A stretch of 64,000 bases of DNA, from NCBI GenBank assembly GCA_019358935.1, contig JAHHIK010000002.1, positions 1-64,000 on the forward strand. Direction: 5' to 3'. Source of the stretch: Tolypothrix carrinoi HA7290-LM1. GTDB lineage: Bacteria; Cyanobacteriota; Cyanobacteriia; Cyanobacteriales; Nostocaceae. The position numbers were made by a program, and so were the translations under genes. Shown here one piece after another: positions 29,582 through 39,574 of the stretch. Below the pieces are notes generated by a model. That model was not told the origin of the DNA and made no database searches. It saw only the letters and a program-made list of their open reading frames with translations. The first letter of the stretch is position 1. Every line of letters starts with the position of its first letter.

Positions 29582-30847
29582 TTATCTTGCTAGACTCCAT
29601 TGATGTGGTATGCAAACACTTCCGTACCCAGTTCCTATCGCTACAGGACGACCTCTCAATTGCCCTTGCTCAACTTCCAAAATAGCGGCTGCTTCAACAT
29701 GATCTTGTAGCTCTCCATTGCTGGTAATTGCAACATTCATCCGATAGCGACCAGGAACAAGCAATAACTCGCCAATTTCACATATTAGCTTCATTCCCAG
29801 ATCAGGAATATTCAAATCCTCTTGACTGTGCGTGGCACTATTGAAGTTTGCAACAGGTTGACCGTGTTGGTCGTAAAGGCTGAAATTACATGACATTCCC
29901 GGTATCATGCTAGTGACATGAAAAACAAAACGAGCAGGACGACCTGTTGCTAAAATAGTTGATGGATAATCTCCATCCGTGGAAACCTCGACTTGAGCAA
30001 GTCGCACTTGTCCTTTGCCTCTGCGGTCGGTTCGCTCTAACAGATTTTTGGAAGCAGATTGTTCTAGGCTTTTTAGATAAATGCTTACTCCTTCAGATGC
30101 TGAATCATCAGCAAAAACAGAGCCTTGTTTTAAAAAAATTCCTCTGTTACAGAGTGTCTGTAATACAGCTAAGTTGTGGCTGACAAACAGTACTGTTCTG
30201 CCTTGTTTGCCAACATCTTCCAGTTTTCCCAAACACTTTTTCTGGAATTGAGCATCTCCTACTGCTAATACTTCATCCACAATTAAGATATCTGGCTCTA
30301 AATGCGCTGCTACGGCAAAAGCCAACCTGACATACATCCCCGACGAATACCGCTTCACCGGCGTATCTAAAAACTTCTCAATCTCTGCAAACGCCACAAT
30401 TTCATCAAACTTACGTTGAATCTCAACCTTGCTCATTCCCAGGATTGCACCATTAAGGAAAACATTTTCTCGTCCCGTTAATTCTGGGTGAAAACCCGTA
30501 CCTACTTCTAATAAACTAGCTACTCGCCCCTTAATCCGGATAGATCCAGATGTTGGCTCCGTAATTCTGCTGAGGACTTTTAGTAACGTTGACTTACCAG
30601 CACCATTACGCCCAATAAAGCCTACGCGATCGCCCTGCTTAATCTCAAACGAGACATCCTTCAGTGCCCAGAATTCACCCTTGCTGCCTTTTGCTTCCTT
30701 CTTCGCACGGGGATTTAGCGCATTACCAACAGACTTCGCTGCATTAGTCATTGCCCCACGAAATGTCTTGTAACTACTGCCTTCTTCCTGATGTCCAAGG
30801 ACATACTTCTTAGCTAAATTCTCAACCCGGATTACAGTATCTGACAT
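29582..30847 (-). CDS. wzt: polysaccharide ABC transporter ATP-binding protein with C-terminal carbohydrate-binding extension
   Basis: GRNGAGKST, LLEVGTGFHPELTGREN, YSSGM and DEVLAVGD, plus a ~170 aa C-terminal domain. Confidence 0.92.
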   Translation of the reverse strand: MSDTVIRVENLAKKYVLGHQEEGSSYKTFRGAMTNAAKSVGNALNPRAKKEAKGSKGEFWALKDVSFEIKQGDRVGFIGRNGAGKSTLLKVLSRITEPTSGSIRIKGRVASLLEVGTGFHPELTGRENVFLNGAILGMSKVEIQRKFDEIVAFAEIEKFLDTPVKRYSSGMYVRLAFAVAAHLEPDILIVDEVLAVGDAQFQKKCLGKLEDVGKQGRTVLFVSHNLAVLQTLCNRGIFLKQGSVFADDSASEGVSIYLKSLEQSASKNLLERTDRRGKGQVRLAQVEVSTDGDYPSTILATGRPARFVFHVTSMIPGMSCNFSLYDQHGQPVANFNSATHSQEDLNIPDLGMKLICEIGELLLVPGRYRMNVAITSNGELQDHVEAAAILEVEQGQLRGRPVAIGTGYGSVCIPHQWSLAR

Positions 30848-30862
30848 CTACCTAACTCCTAC

Positions 30863-31702
30863 TTAAATCACGTCTGCAAAAGTGCGTTCCATTCTGCGGA
30901 AGTACCAAATACCGCTCCACAGCAGCAGAACCACAAGCAAAAGAGACAGTGCAAACCCAGGTAAATATATCTGCGATTCACCGCCCAAAATCGCCCAGCG
31001 GAAACCGTCGATTACTCCTACCATTGGGTTGATCGAATACAGCAGCCGCACCTGTTCAGAATACCGTTCAGCAATAATCTTGCTGCTAAAACCTACAGGA
31101 GAAATGTATAAACCAAACTGGACTAGAAACCCCACGATATAACGGAAATCCCGATACTCCACAGTCAAAGCTGCTAGCCACAATCCCACACCTATCGATG
31201 CTGCAAAGGCAATAAGAATAAATAGTGGCAAAGTTAAGATGCGCCAGTCAGGTACAAAGTTGTAGTATGCCATCAACCCCAGCAGTATCATGCCCGAAAT
31301 CAAGAAGTCTACAAAGCTGACAATCACCGCACTCGTTGGCACTATCAACCGGGGAAAGTAGACTTTAGAAAGCAAGTTGGCGTTGGTAACTAAACTATTG
31401 CTGCATTCAGTTAACGCACCGGAGAAAAACTGCCAGGGCAGAAGAGCGGCAAAAACCATAATGGGGTAAGGTGCATCACCCTCTGGGGGTAACTTTGCTA
31501 AGTTGCTAAACACAAAGGTGAACACCACCATCGTTAAAAAGGGACGAATTAAAGCCCATGCCATCCCAATTATAGTTTGCTTGTAGCGCACCAAAATATC
31601 GCGCCATGCGAGAAAGTAGAATAGCTCTCTGTATTTCCACAAGTCTCGCCAATACTGGCTCTCAGTTCTACCCGACTCAATGATGAGTTCTTTGCTGTCC
31701 AT
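30863..31702 (-). CDS. wzm: polysaccharide ABC transporter permease
   Basis: RDILVRYKQT, KVYFPR, YRDF and FADVI; ABC2 membrane pattern immediately upstream of wzt. Confidence 0.92.
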   Translation of the reverse strand: MDSKELIIESGRTESQYWRDLWKYRELFYFLAWRDILVRYKQTIIGMAWALIRPFLTMVVFTFVFSNLAKLPPEGDAPYPIMVFAALLPWQFFSGALTECSNSLVTNANLLSKVYFPRLIVPTSAVIVSFVDFLISGMILLGLMAYYNFVPDWRILTLPLFILIAFAASIGVGLWLAALTVEYRDFRYIVGFLVQFGLYISPVGFSSKIIAERYSEQVRLLYSINPMVGVIDGFRWAILGGESQIYLPGFALSLLLVVLLLWSGIWYFRRMERTFADVI

Positions 31703-32333
31703 CTACTTACCTGTATGTTGCATCAATTAGGAACGTGTGATTGTTTGCAGTCAATATCTGAATCTCCGAAAAAATACTGTTTTTGTTATTTCTTTAGTAT
31801 TTCCTTTGGTAATCTTCATATCAGGATATATTTGTAATTTTGTCTAAGCTTTAAATCAACTGGAGTTTTTAGCAAAAAGTATTAAGTCAAGATGGAAACT
31901 TTAGCTTTAAAACTCCGTAAGGCTTACACAAACTTACTTTAGGCAACATAGACAACTACAAAATTCTCCGAATTATTTGTTGATAATTTATGGTAAAATG
32001 CTTCACGAAGAATGGATGCATTAGTATTTACTCGGAGAAGATTCTGTAATATACTTCTAAGTGCTTTACTGGCGTTCCGGACATTTTCTTGTTGAAAATC
32101 CACTGGTACTACTTTGAATTTGATGCAAAAACTAAATGTACGTCGAAACAGCATAACGAAGGAAATCAGAGTGCAAAAGTATGATTAAATGGTAGTAAAA
32201 AGTTTGTGATGCACCCTGGTAGGTATCAAGTAACAACTGTGGGTTGAAGCTTGAATGTAGTCACACAAGTTAATTTCTAACGGAATTTTTTGGCTTACCG
32301 TGCGATCGCGCTTACCTCAACTGCCCACAATTA

Positions 32334-33143
32334 CTAATCTCTCCATCCTAAGTAGCGTTCGCGTATACGAAATGGAGTACTAAAAGAACTCGACATCAAT
32401 AGTTGCTTGGTAGCTAACAACATAAAAGCTGGAATGGTGGTACTATAACGATGCCAGAGACGGCGAGGTTCTTGAAGCCAGCGATATAACCATTCAAAAC
32501 CCAAGTCTCGTATCATGCGGGGTGCGCGTTTATGGATTCCTGCATAAACGGGGAAAACTCCACCGACGCCAATCATTACCGCCTTGATTTTATCTTGATG
32601 TTGAGCCATCCAATTTTCTTGTTTTGGACAACCCAGAGATACGAACACTAAACCAGCACCACTGTTGTTAATCATCTTAATCAGAGCTTTGTCTTCTGTT
32701 TCAGTCAAAGGACGAAAGGGCAAAGGTTCCATCCCTGCAATTTTCAGTTTAGGAAATTCCTGCTCTAATCTTTTTTGCATCAAAGAAAGAATGTCTGGTT
32801 GAGAACCCGCAAAGAAAACACTGACGTTTCGTGTTTGAGCTAGCTTACACAGTGCTAAGAAAAGATCCATCCCCGCTACACGATCTTGGTAACGTGCTCC
32901 CAAAAGCCTCATCATCCAAACTAAAGGCATCCCATCAGGAGTGATTATATCTGCATTGTTTAAAACATTAGCAAACTCTGGATTCCAATGCGCCTCCATC
33001 AGCATATGTACGTTGGCTACGCAAATAGTCTTACTTTCGCGAGCGATCGCCCACCTAAGTATAGTCTGTATCTGATCGTCAAAACGTAAAGCAGTAATCG
33101 GAAAATCAAGCACTCTTTGTTTAGGTAGAAAAATTCCCACCAT
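32334..33143 (-). CDS. WecB/TagA/CpsF family glycosyltransferase (GT26)
   Basis: PDGMP, RVAGMDL, SLGCPKQE and EWLYRWLQEPRRLW. AGGAGT RBS before ATG 33143. Confidence 0.92.
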   Translation of the reverse strand: MVGIFLPKQRVLDFPITALRFDDQIQTILRWAIARESKTICVANVHMLMEAHWNPEFANVLNNADIITPDGMPLVWMMRLLGARYQDRVAGMDLFLALCKLAQTRNVSVFFAGSQPDILSLMQKRLEQEFPKLKIAGMEPLPFRPLTETEDKALIKMINNSGAGLVFVSLGCPKQENWMAQHQDKIKAVMIGVGGVFPVYAGIHKRAPRMIRDLGFEWLYRWLQEPRRLWHRYSTTIPAFMLLATKQLLMSSSFSTPFRIRERYLGWRD

Positions 33144-33640
33144 TAAGTCACTCCTTGTGTCAAACGAAAATTCAGAACAACGACTAACCATTCCAAATAT
33201 TGAAAATGTCAGATTTCATAAATGACTGACTTTTTTCAAGGATTGAAGCATGGTTGAAGTTAACACATGGAGATGCAATAGCTTTTACTGTAAATTCTTG
33301 GCTTCCCTGGTAATAATTATTTCTTCTTCGCCTGTATAGTAATTTACTCTATAAAAAAGCAAAATTAGTAATTTCTCTGCAAAATTTATCTTAACTTTAC
33401 ATTTCCTTTTTGATTTGTTTACGTAAGCATTACAATCGCTTTAAAAATAGGAAAAGAAGTATTTACTTAACACAAAGATTCAGGCATCAAGCGCGAAATC
33501 TTAAACAGTCGAACAGGCAAACCTTAATACTTGAGGATTGCAAATGAGAAGTATAATTTATATTTAATATTTTTATGAATTAACAAACAATCTGCTGTTA
33601 TATAGCTTAAATAACACTAATCTTCTAACTAAAAAAAAGC

Positions 33641-33835
33641 TCAAAAAAATAGGGGGAAGATTAACTTTTCTTCCCCCTGCTTATTATTTTTGTTGTTGTC
33701 TACGTTGTCGCCTTCTTTCAGCCTTTTTCGCAACATCTGTCGTTGTTTTTTAAGTTGTCGCTGTCTTGCAGAACCACCTCTGCCTTTATCGTTTCTGCCT
33801 TCGCGACGGGGAGATTCCCATCTCTTTAATTGCAT
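33641..33835 (-). CDS. small basic hypothetical protein
   Basis: GAGAGG RBS before ATG; Arg/Lys-rich 64 aa; the 3' end overlaps a hairpin followed by a T run. Confidence 0.55.
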   Translation of the reverse strand: MQLKRWESPRREGRNDKGRGGSARQRQLKKQRQMLRKRLKEGDNVDNNKNNKQGEEKLIFPLFF

Positions 33836-34616
33836 AATTAACCTCTCTTAAGTAAAAATCAGTGGAGTAAGATAACCGAACTTTTATTACTGCCAAGTCG
33901 CTGATAATTTATTTTGCTCGCCATTAATATTCACTATATAAATTTTAGATCATAACTGTCCCATCGTCAAATCAAAATGGTAGAGGTGAACAAACATCAT
34001 GATGAAAACCGGTTGCAATTAAGTTAATTTTGTGCAGCATGAGCCAAGCGGCTATCCATGCAGCATCGTCATTCAAAAAAGTAAACCCTCATTTATATTT
34101 ATCATTGGCAATGACAACCACGTTGGTTAAGTTTGGCAAGTTTCTTTCTCCTATACACTGCGTAACAGAAACTATCCGGGCTATTTTATTGCTTCAATTA
34201 AAACTAGACGAGAGAATCCATCCCATAATTGATAGCGATAAATAAGCGCTTGCTAACTTCTCTTATATATTCATGATTTTTCCACCGCGATCCGGAATTA
34301 AATATATAAATCGCAAAGAAAATTTATAAGTTTATTTAATACCAAGATTAAGGACAAAAGTGGTGAAAATTATCGATAGGCAAATGTTAGAGGCTAATTT
34401 AACCCTTGTAAGAGCTATATCTTTTTCCTATAACCTAATTTCTGCTTGAGATAGTGCTTCTGCTGTGGGTGATATACATCCCACGAAGCACAATATATTA
34501 TGCTCACACGAACAACAGTTCGTTATTGATGGCAAAAAGCATCTAAGTAGCTTACCTAAAAATATAGGGTTCCAGATAGCTTGGCTGAAACCCTACATTT
34601 ATCTATATTTTTACAG

Positions 34617-34700
34617 TGGGCAGGAGGAGAATCGAACTCCTATGATCTCACGATCGTCACATTTTGAGTGTGATGCGTCTACCAATTTCGCCACCCGCCC
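34617..34700 (-). tRNA. trnL: tRNA-Leu(CAA)
   Basis: Reverse complement GGGCGGGTGGCGAAATTGGTAGACGCATCACACTCAAAATGTGACGATCGTGAGATCATAGGAGTTCGATTCTCCTCCTGCCCA; anticodon CAA and a long variable arm. Confidence 0.95.
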
Positions 34701-35554
34701 TTGGGTGCAACTTCACTATTATACACTTTTTCTGAGGAATGCAACAACTTTTGATATTCTTTGCTGCTTGCCCAGCGATCAATTTCTCGCGCCCGCAGTA
34801 CTGGCACTGGATGCGATAATTGAGCGGTGCGAGCGACTTTGACCATTTCACCCAATTCGGTCTTGCTAATATCATCGTAAGCGCGGGCTTGGGCGACAAA
34901 GGCATCAAGGTTGAGTTGGGGTGCTAATGTTGGCGAACCACCGGCAAGTTTCATCAAGACTGACATGACAACTTTGGGATCTTGGGTGGCTAATAATGCG
35001 GCGCGATCGCATGTAAACTCAGCACAGCGTACCCATTCTAAAAGTTGTGCTTGTATGCTTTGTGCTAGCACTGCTCCTATATTTGGTAGACTTGCGGCTG
35101 CTAATACCAATAAATTTACCGGCGTCAGGTAAACGCTGTGATCGCACTTAAGATGTCCTAACTCATGGGCAATCACTGCCTGAATCTCTTCTGGGGTGAG
35201 TAAATCAATCAAGGAAGTGTGTACGACAATAAAAGGCTGTTTGCCGCGCATGGCAAAAGTATAAGCGTTGGGAGCCGGATGTTGGCGGATATAAAGTTGA
35301 GGAGGCTCCATATCCAAAATTTTACAAGCTTCTAACAACAGCTTGTGTAGATCGGGCAATTGTTGTTCGCCTACCAAAACGCTGGAAGCAATATTTTCTA
35401 CATAAAAAACTTGCTCTGCCAATGGTCCGAGCAAATTTCGCACCAGCATGTCTAATCCGGGTATCTGCTTGAGAGCAAGAGTTGCTTCCAAGTCTAAAGG
35501 ATGACGAAAAGAATCTGCTTTGATACCAATCAGCTGAGTCTTAAAAAAGGACAT
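34679..35554 (-). CDS. M48 family zinc metallopeptidase
   Basis: PNAYT, AHELGH (HExxH), EFTCDR and SHP motifs. Confidence 0.92.
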   Translation of the reverse strand: MSFFKTQLIGIKADSFRHPLDLEATLALKQIPGLDMLVRNLLGPLAEQVFYVENIASSVLVGEQQLPDLHKLLLEACKILDMEPPQLYIRQHPAPNAYTFAMRGKQPFIVVHTSLIDLLTPEEIQAVIAHELGHLKCDHSVYLTPVNLLVLAAASLPNIGAVLAQSIQAQLLEWVRCAEFTCDRAALLATQDPKVVMSVLMKLAGGSPTLAPQLNLDAFVAQARAYDDISKTELGEMVKVARTAQLSHPVPVLRAREIDRWASSKEYQKLLHSSEKVYNSEVAPKGGWRNW

Positions 35555-35731
35555 AGCAATCGAAGAACTTGAAGGTAAGAAATGGTGGGATATATACAGC
35601 CTCCCACCGCTAGTATAACGACAATTAGGCAGGGCAGATGCCCTACCTATTACTCGTAGTGAGCGATAAATCGCTCAATTTTAAGCGCTTAAGCGCTTAC
35701 TACGAACTTTCAAAACTAATGACATAAACCA

Positions 35732-37108
35732 CTAAGTTGAAATCGACGCTTGAGGATTACTGGCTTTTGCAGGTAATTCTGTATCCGTCGGTGTTTCGCT
35801 GACGCGGAGGATTTTTGCTCCTAATTGCTGCAACTTGATATCAAGGCGATCGTATCCGCGATCTAAATGGCGCAATCCCTGAATTGTAGTTTTGCCTTCA
35901 GCTGCCAGTCCTGCCAAGACTAAGGCTGCTGATGCCCGCAAGTCTGTACCTAATACAGGTGCGCCAGATAACATCGGTACTCCCCGAACGAAAGCTGCGT
36001 TACCTTTAACGCGAATGTCTGCCCCTAAGCGATTTAACTCGGAAGCGTGACGCAAGCGATTTTCAAACACAGATTCGTTGATTATGCTGTCGCCTTCTGC
36101 TACGGTCAGCAAAGCCATAAATGGTGCTTGCATATCCGTGGGAAAGCCAGGATGGGGCAAGGTTTCAATATCCGTTGCTCTCAGGGTTTGAGCCGGCATT
36201 ATGCGTAAGCAATCAGGCGCTTCTTGAATTATGGGCACGCCAATATCCCGTAGTTTAGCAAGTACTGGGATTAAATGCTCAGGGACTACTGGCGAGAGGG
36301 TAATTTCCGATCGCGCGATCGCTCCAGCCACTAAAAATGTACCTGTTTCAATGCGATCGGGAATAATCGAGTAGTCAACAGAATGCAATTTGGGAACACC
36401 GACGATGGTAATCGTACTAGTGCCGGCACCTTGAATCTTTGCTCCCATAGCGTTACAGAAATTCGCCAAATCGACTACTTCTGGTTCGCGTGCAGCATTT
36501 TCCAGGGTAGTTTCCCCATCTGCCAGAGTAGCCGCCATCATCAAGGTTTCCGTTGCGCCAACGCTGGGGCTGTCGAGGTAAATTTTGGCTCCTTTAAGCC
36601 TACCATTGCTACCTGGAACGTAAGCATTACAAATGCCATGTTCTATCTGCACTTCGGCTCCCATCGCTTGTAGTCCCCGGACATGCAGATCAACCGGTCT
36701 TGCCCCAATCGCACAACCACCTGGTAATGGCATCTGTGCTACTCCCAATCGTGCCAAAATTGCACCAATGGCAAAAAAACTCGCCCGCAGCTGGGTAACT
36801 AGTTCGTAAGGAGCTTTGGACGTTGTAATTTCGCTAGCGTTGATATCTAAAATATCATCGTGTTGCTCTAAACGAAGACCCAAAGCTGATAAAACTTGAC
36901 CCATCCGCTTGACATCAGCCAATAATGGAACGTTGCGGATGCGGCAATCTCCCGAACATAGTAAGGCTCCAGCCATGATTACCAATGCTGAATTTTTTGC
37001 CCCACTAATTTTCACATGACCTCGCAAACGATGCCCACCCCAGATTTGCAAGACTGAGGAGTCTGCTTCAGGTAATTTGGCATCCGGTAAGCTGGTATTC
37101 GTATTAAT
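35732..37108 (-). CDS. murA: UDP-N-acetylglucosamine 1-carboxyvinyltransferase
   Basis: [29 protein letters not shown] and DLRA. Likely ATT start at 37108 behind AGGAGG; the ORF track start is TTG 37051. Confidence 0.96.
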   Translation of the reverse strand: MNTNTSLPDAKLPEADSSVLQIWGGHRLRGHVKISGAKNSALVIMAGALLCSGDCRIRNVPLLADVKRMGQVLSALGLRLEQHDDILDINASEITTSKAPYELVTQLRASFFAIGAILARLGVAQMPLPGGCAIGARPVDLHVRGLQAMGAEVQIEHGICNAYVPGSNGRLKGAKIYLDSPSVGATETLMMAATLADGETTLENAAREPEVVDLANFCNAMGAKIQGAGTSTITIVGVPKLHSVDYSIIPDRIETGTFLVAGAIARSEITLSPVVPEHLIPVLAKLRDIGVPIIQEAPDCLRIMPAQTLRATDIETLPHPGFPTDMQAPFMALLTVAEGDSIINESVFENRLRHASELNRLGADIRVKGNAAFVRGVPMLSGAPVLGTDLRASAALVLAGLAAEGKTTIQGLRHLDRGYDRLDIKLQQLGAKILRVSETPTDTELPAKASNPQASIST

Positions 37109-37307
37109 AAGCCTACCCTCCTAAAGAAATTCAGTAATTTTAAAGATTTGAAGTTGGTTTCGATTCTACAGTAAAGATTCGATTTGTCTACATTTTTGCG
37201 CTAGGTAAGCGCATTGATTTAGTGGAATTGGCGACTCAAAGCAATCTGGAATAAGCCTTTTAAGCATTTGTAAAATAAGTGCGCTCCTAGTATTGCCAAC
37301 GTATTGC

Positions 37308-37546
37308 GGGAGTGGGGGAGGGAGATAGGGAGATGGGGGGAGGGGGGGACAAGGGGAGGGGGGACAAGGGGAGGGGGACAAGGGGAGGGGGGGACAAGGA
37401 GGACAAGGAAGACAAGGGGGATAAATGCCCAATGCCCCATGCCCACTTGGACGATGCCCCATGACGGCAGGTGCAACTTTCTTCGGCTCGCCGCCCAACG
37501 CACAGCCAAACCTATGCCCAATGCCCCATGCCCAATTACCAATTCC
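37308..37546. repeat. short tandemly repeated repetitive (STRR-type) tract
   Basis: GGGGACAAG, GGGAGAT and ATGCCCA-type 7-9-mers. Confidence 0.85.
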
Positions 37547-37565
37547 TCATTTTATGCTCAGGGCG

Positions 37566-37594
37566 TTGACAAAAGCTAGAAAATGAGTGAAAAT
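37566..37594 (+). promoter_or_regulatory. putative tRNA promoter
   Basis: Perfect TTGACA at 37566, 17 nt spacer, then GAAAAT (weak -10), upstream of tRNA-Leu. Confidence 0.45.
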
Positions 37595-37619
37595 AGAGAA
37601 CGGTGATTAAATAATGCCA

Positions 37620-37701
37620 GCGGAACTGGCGGAATTGGCAGACGCGCTAGATTCAGGTTCTAGTGCCGCAAGGCTTCCGGGTTCAAGTCCCGGGTTCCGC
37701 A
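37620..37701 (+). tRNA. trnL: tRNA-Leu(CAG)
   Basis: GCGGAACTGGCGGAATTGGCAGACGCGCTAGATTCAGGTTCTAGTGCCGCAAGGCTTCCGGGTTCAAGTCCCGGGTTCCGCA; anticodon CAG. Confidence 0.97.
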
Positions 37702-37768
37702 TATCAGTTAGGAGTTAGGAGTTAAATTTGTTTTGTTTGAATTGCTAACTTATAACTGATAATTTTTA

Positions 37769-38566
37769 ATGTTAACTAGTTTACAGAATTCTTTAGTAAA
37801 GCAAATCCGCAAATTACACTCAAGGAAGGAGCGTCACAAGCAGGAGTTGTTTTTACTGGAAGGTACGCATTTGCTGGAAGAAGCTTGTGCGGTGAATTAT
37901 CCGCTAGAAGTTGTGTGTTGTACGCTAGAATGGCAAGCGGCTCATTCTGCACTTTGGGAGCAAGCTTGTAGTCGGTGCGATCGCTTTGAAATTGTCAGTG
38001 AAGAAGTATTGAGTGCGATCGCTACGACAGTGCAACCGGATGGTGTTATCGCTACCGCCAAACGAAGCTCGGCAATGCAAGTTCCGTTCACTGGGTTGCT
38101 GCTAGCTTTGGAAACTATACAAGATCCGGGGAATTTGGGGACGATAATTCGGACTGCGGCAGCGGCTTCTGCATCGGGGCTGTGGCTGAGTGCTGATAGT
38201 GTAGATTTAGATAACCCGAAAGTGTTACGCGCCAGTGCCGGTCAGTGGTTTCGCTTACCAATGGCGGTAAGTGCTTCTTTAAAAGATACAGTAAGTCTTG
38301 CCAAGCAAGCCAGAATGCAGATTGTGGCAACTTTGCCAAGTGCAACTTTAACTTATTGGCAAGTAGATTGGCGAAAACCAAGTTTGATTTTATTGGGTAA
38401 TGAAGGTGCGGGTTTATCGGCTTCTTTAGCCGCAATGGCAGATTTAGAAGTCAGAATACCCCTGAGTCCAGGGGTGGAATCTTTGAATGTGGCGATCGCC
38501 GCAGCTTTAATGTTGTATGAAGCTCAACGGCAGATTACAAGTTACAAGTTAGGAGTTACAAGTTAG
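37769..38566 (+). CDS. TrmH/SpoU family RNA methyltransferase
   Basis: QDPGNLGTIIRTA, GNEGAG and ESLNVA SPOUT motifs. Confidence 0.93.
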   Translation: MLTSLQNSLVKQIRKLHSRKERHKQELFLLEGTHLLEEACAVNYPLEVVCCTLEWQAAHSALWEQACSRCDRFEIVSEEVLSAIATTVQPDGVIATAKRSSAMQVPFTGLLLALETIQDPGNLGTIIRTAAAASASGLWLSADSVDLDNPKVLRASAGQWFRLPMAVSASLKDTVSLAKQARMQIVATLPSATLTYWQVDWRKPSLILLGNEGAGLSASLAAMADLEVRIPLSPGVESLNVAIAAALMLYEAQRQITSYKLGVTS

Positions 38567-38614
38567 GAGGCGCGGAGTTAAAAGTAAAAGTTAAGAATTA
38601 TAAACTCGTAACTT

Positions 38615-38848
38615 TTATTTTATTTTATTTTCCAGATATTGTTCGATATCAGCAACGGCGTCTTCCAAAGCCTCTAAATCAATTTCTGCTTTTATTTCAA
38701 TTAGGGATACATCACTGGTTTTAGCAGTATCGGTTTTTAAAGTTTCTTCCTCTTCAGTCGGACTCTCTTGTAATATATCCTCCAACTCATCAAGGGATTG
38801 AAGAAACTCTTTAGCGGCAGCGCGGCGTTGTTGCTGATTTTGCTCCAT
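38615..38848 (-). CDS. small acidic hypothetical protein
   Basis: ATG 38848, MEQNQQQRRAAAKEF...LEDAVADIEQYL. Confidence 0.7.
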   Translation of the reverse strand: MEQNQQQRRAAAKEFLQSLDELEDILQESPTEEEETLKTDTAKTSDVSLIEIKAEIDLEALEDAVADIEQYLENKIK

Positions 38849-38999
38849 AATTTTGATTTGATAATCGTGATTGCAGTTTCTAATTATGGTTATCTGTACC
38901 AAAACTAATTTATTCTGTATCAAATTTACACATTAAAAGGCTTGATGGCAAAATCAGCTAATGTGAATTTCCAGTAACTCGCTTACCCGATAAAGGCAG

Positions 39000-39442
39000 C
39001 ATTTGACCCAAATACCCAAAAGACGCCAACCGAGCTTAAAGTCCCCACTCCTCTTGGCAAAAATTATGATCCGCGCGAAGCGCTTCACATTCATCCCTTG
39101 GGAAAAACCTGTCCAAAATTGACAGCGTACAGCAAATGGCGCTATAAATCCTAAAAAACACCCAAAATTTTGAGTGTGAGAGCGCCGAATGGTTGTCGTT
39201 TACCGAGTATTTAAAGTAGAGGCTGCAATTTATGATGCGATTGAGGAATTAAAAGAAGCGCTCATCAATCGGATTGCCTCAACCGAAATTGCCTTTGAAG
39301 TCCATATGGCAGTTTACTTTAGAACGTTTTGAGCAAGTAGATTATTTGATACACGAAGAGTGAAGAGAAAGTTGATCGTAAAGCGGCAGCGACTTCTTGG
39401 GGAAATTAAAGAACTAAAAGCTGAACTAAAGTACAAGCCATA
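39000..39442 (+). pseudogene. degraded coding remnant (coiled-coil-like)
   Basis: Frame-hopping translation IEELKEALINRIASTEIAFEVHMAVY/LERFEQVDYLIH/EEKVDRK/LGEIKELKAELK. Confidence 0.3.
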
Positions 39443-39574
39443 ATTGGATAAAGGTTAAGATGCTGTACTGATTAACCGTTAGATCCGTGATTGTAATTAT
39501 TTTGGTAATCGGTGGTGATGAATGTATTGGCGATCGCGGATCATAATTTCCGCATTTGTAATAAAATATTTACA

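Noticed and set aside
31796..31804. GGAAATACT on the minus strand upstream of wzm, resembling a SigJ-type extended -10
   Set aside because: One mismatch in a short motif within AT-rich DNA; unsupported without TSS data.
32076..32081. TCCGGA (heterocyst DIF1-like motif) upstream of wzm
   Set aside because: No convincing -10 box at the expected spacing; a single hexamer is expected by chance.
207..34700. Lasso and glycan block as a tRNA-integrated genomic island (it lies between tRNA-Gln and the 3' end of tRNA-Leu)
   Set aside because: No integrase and no duplicated tRNA 3' end (att site) seen; the lasso genes carry normal HIP1 sites.
34465..34908. ORFs 34465-34842 (+) and 34657-34908 (-)
   Set aside because: Shadow frames over tRNA-Leu and the M48 gene.
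37166..37579. Pro/Gly-rich ORFs on both strands
   Set aside because: These are translations of STRR repeats in the murA-tRNA intergenic region, with no RBS or family motif.
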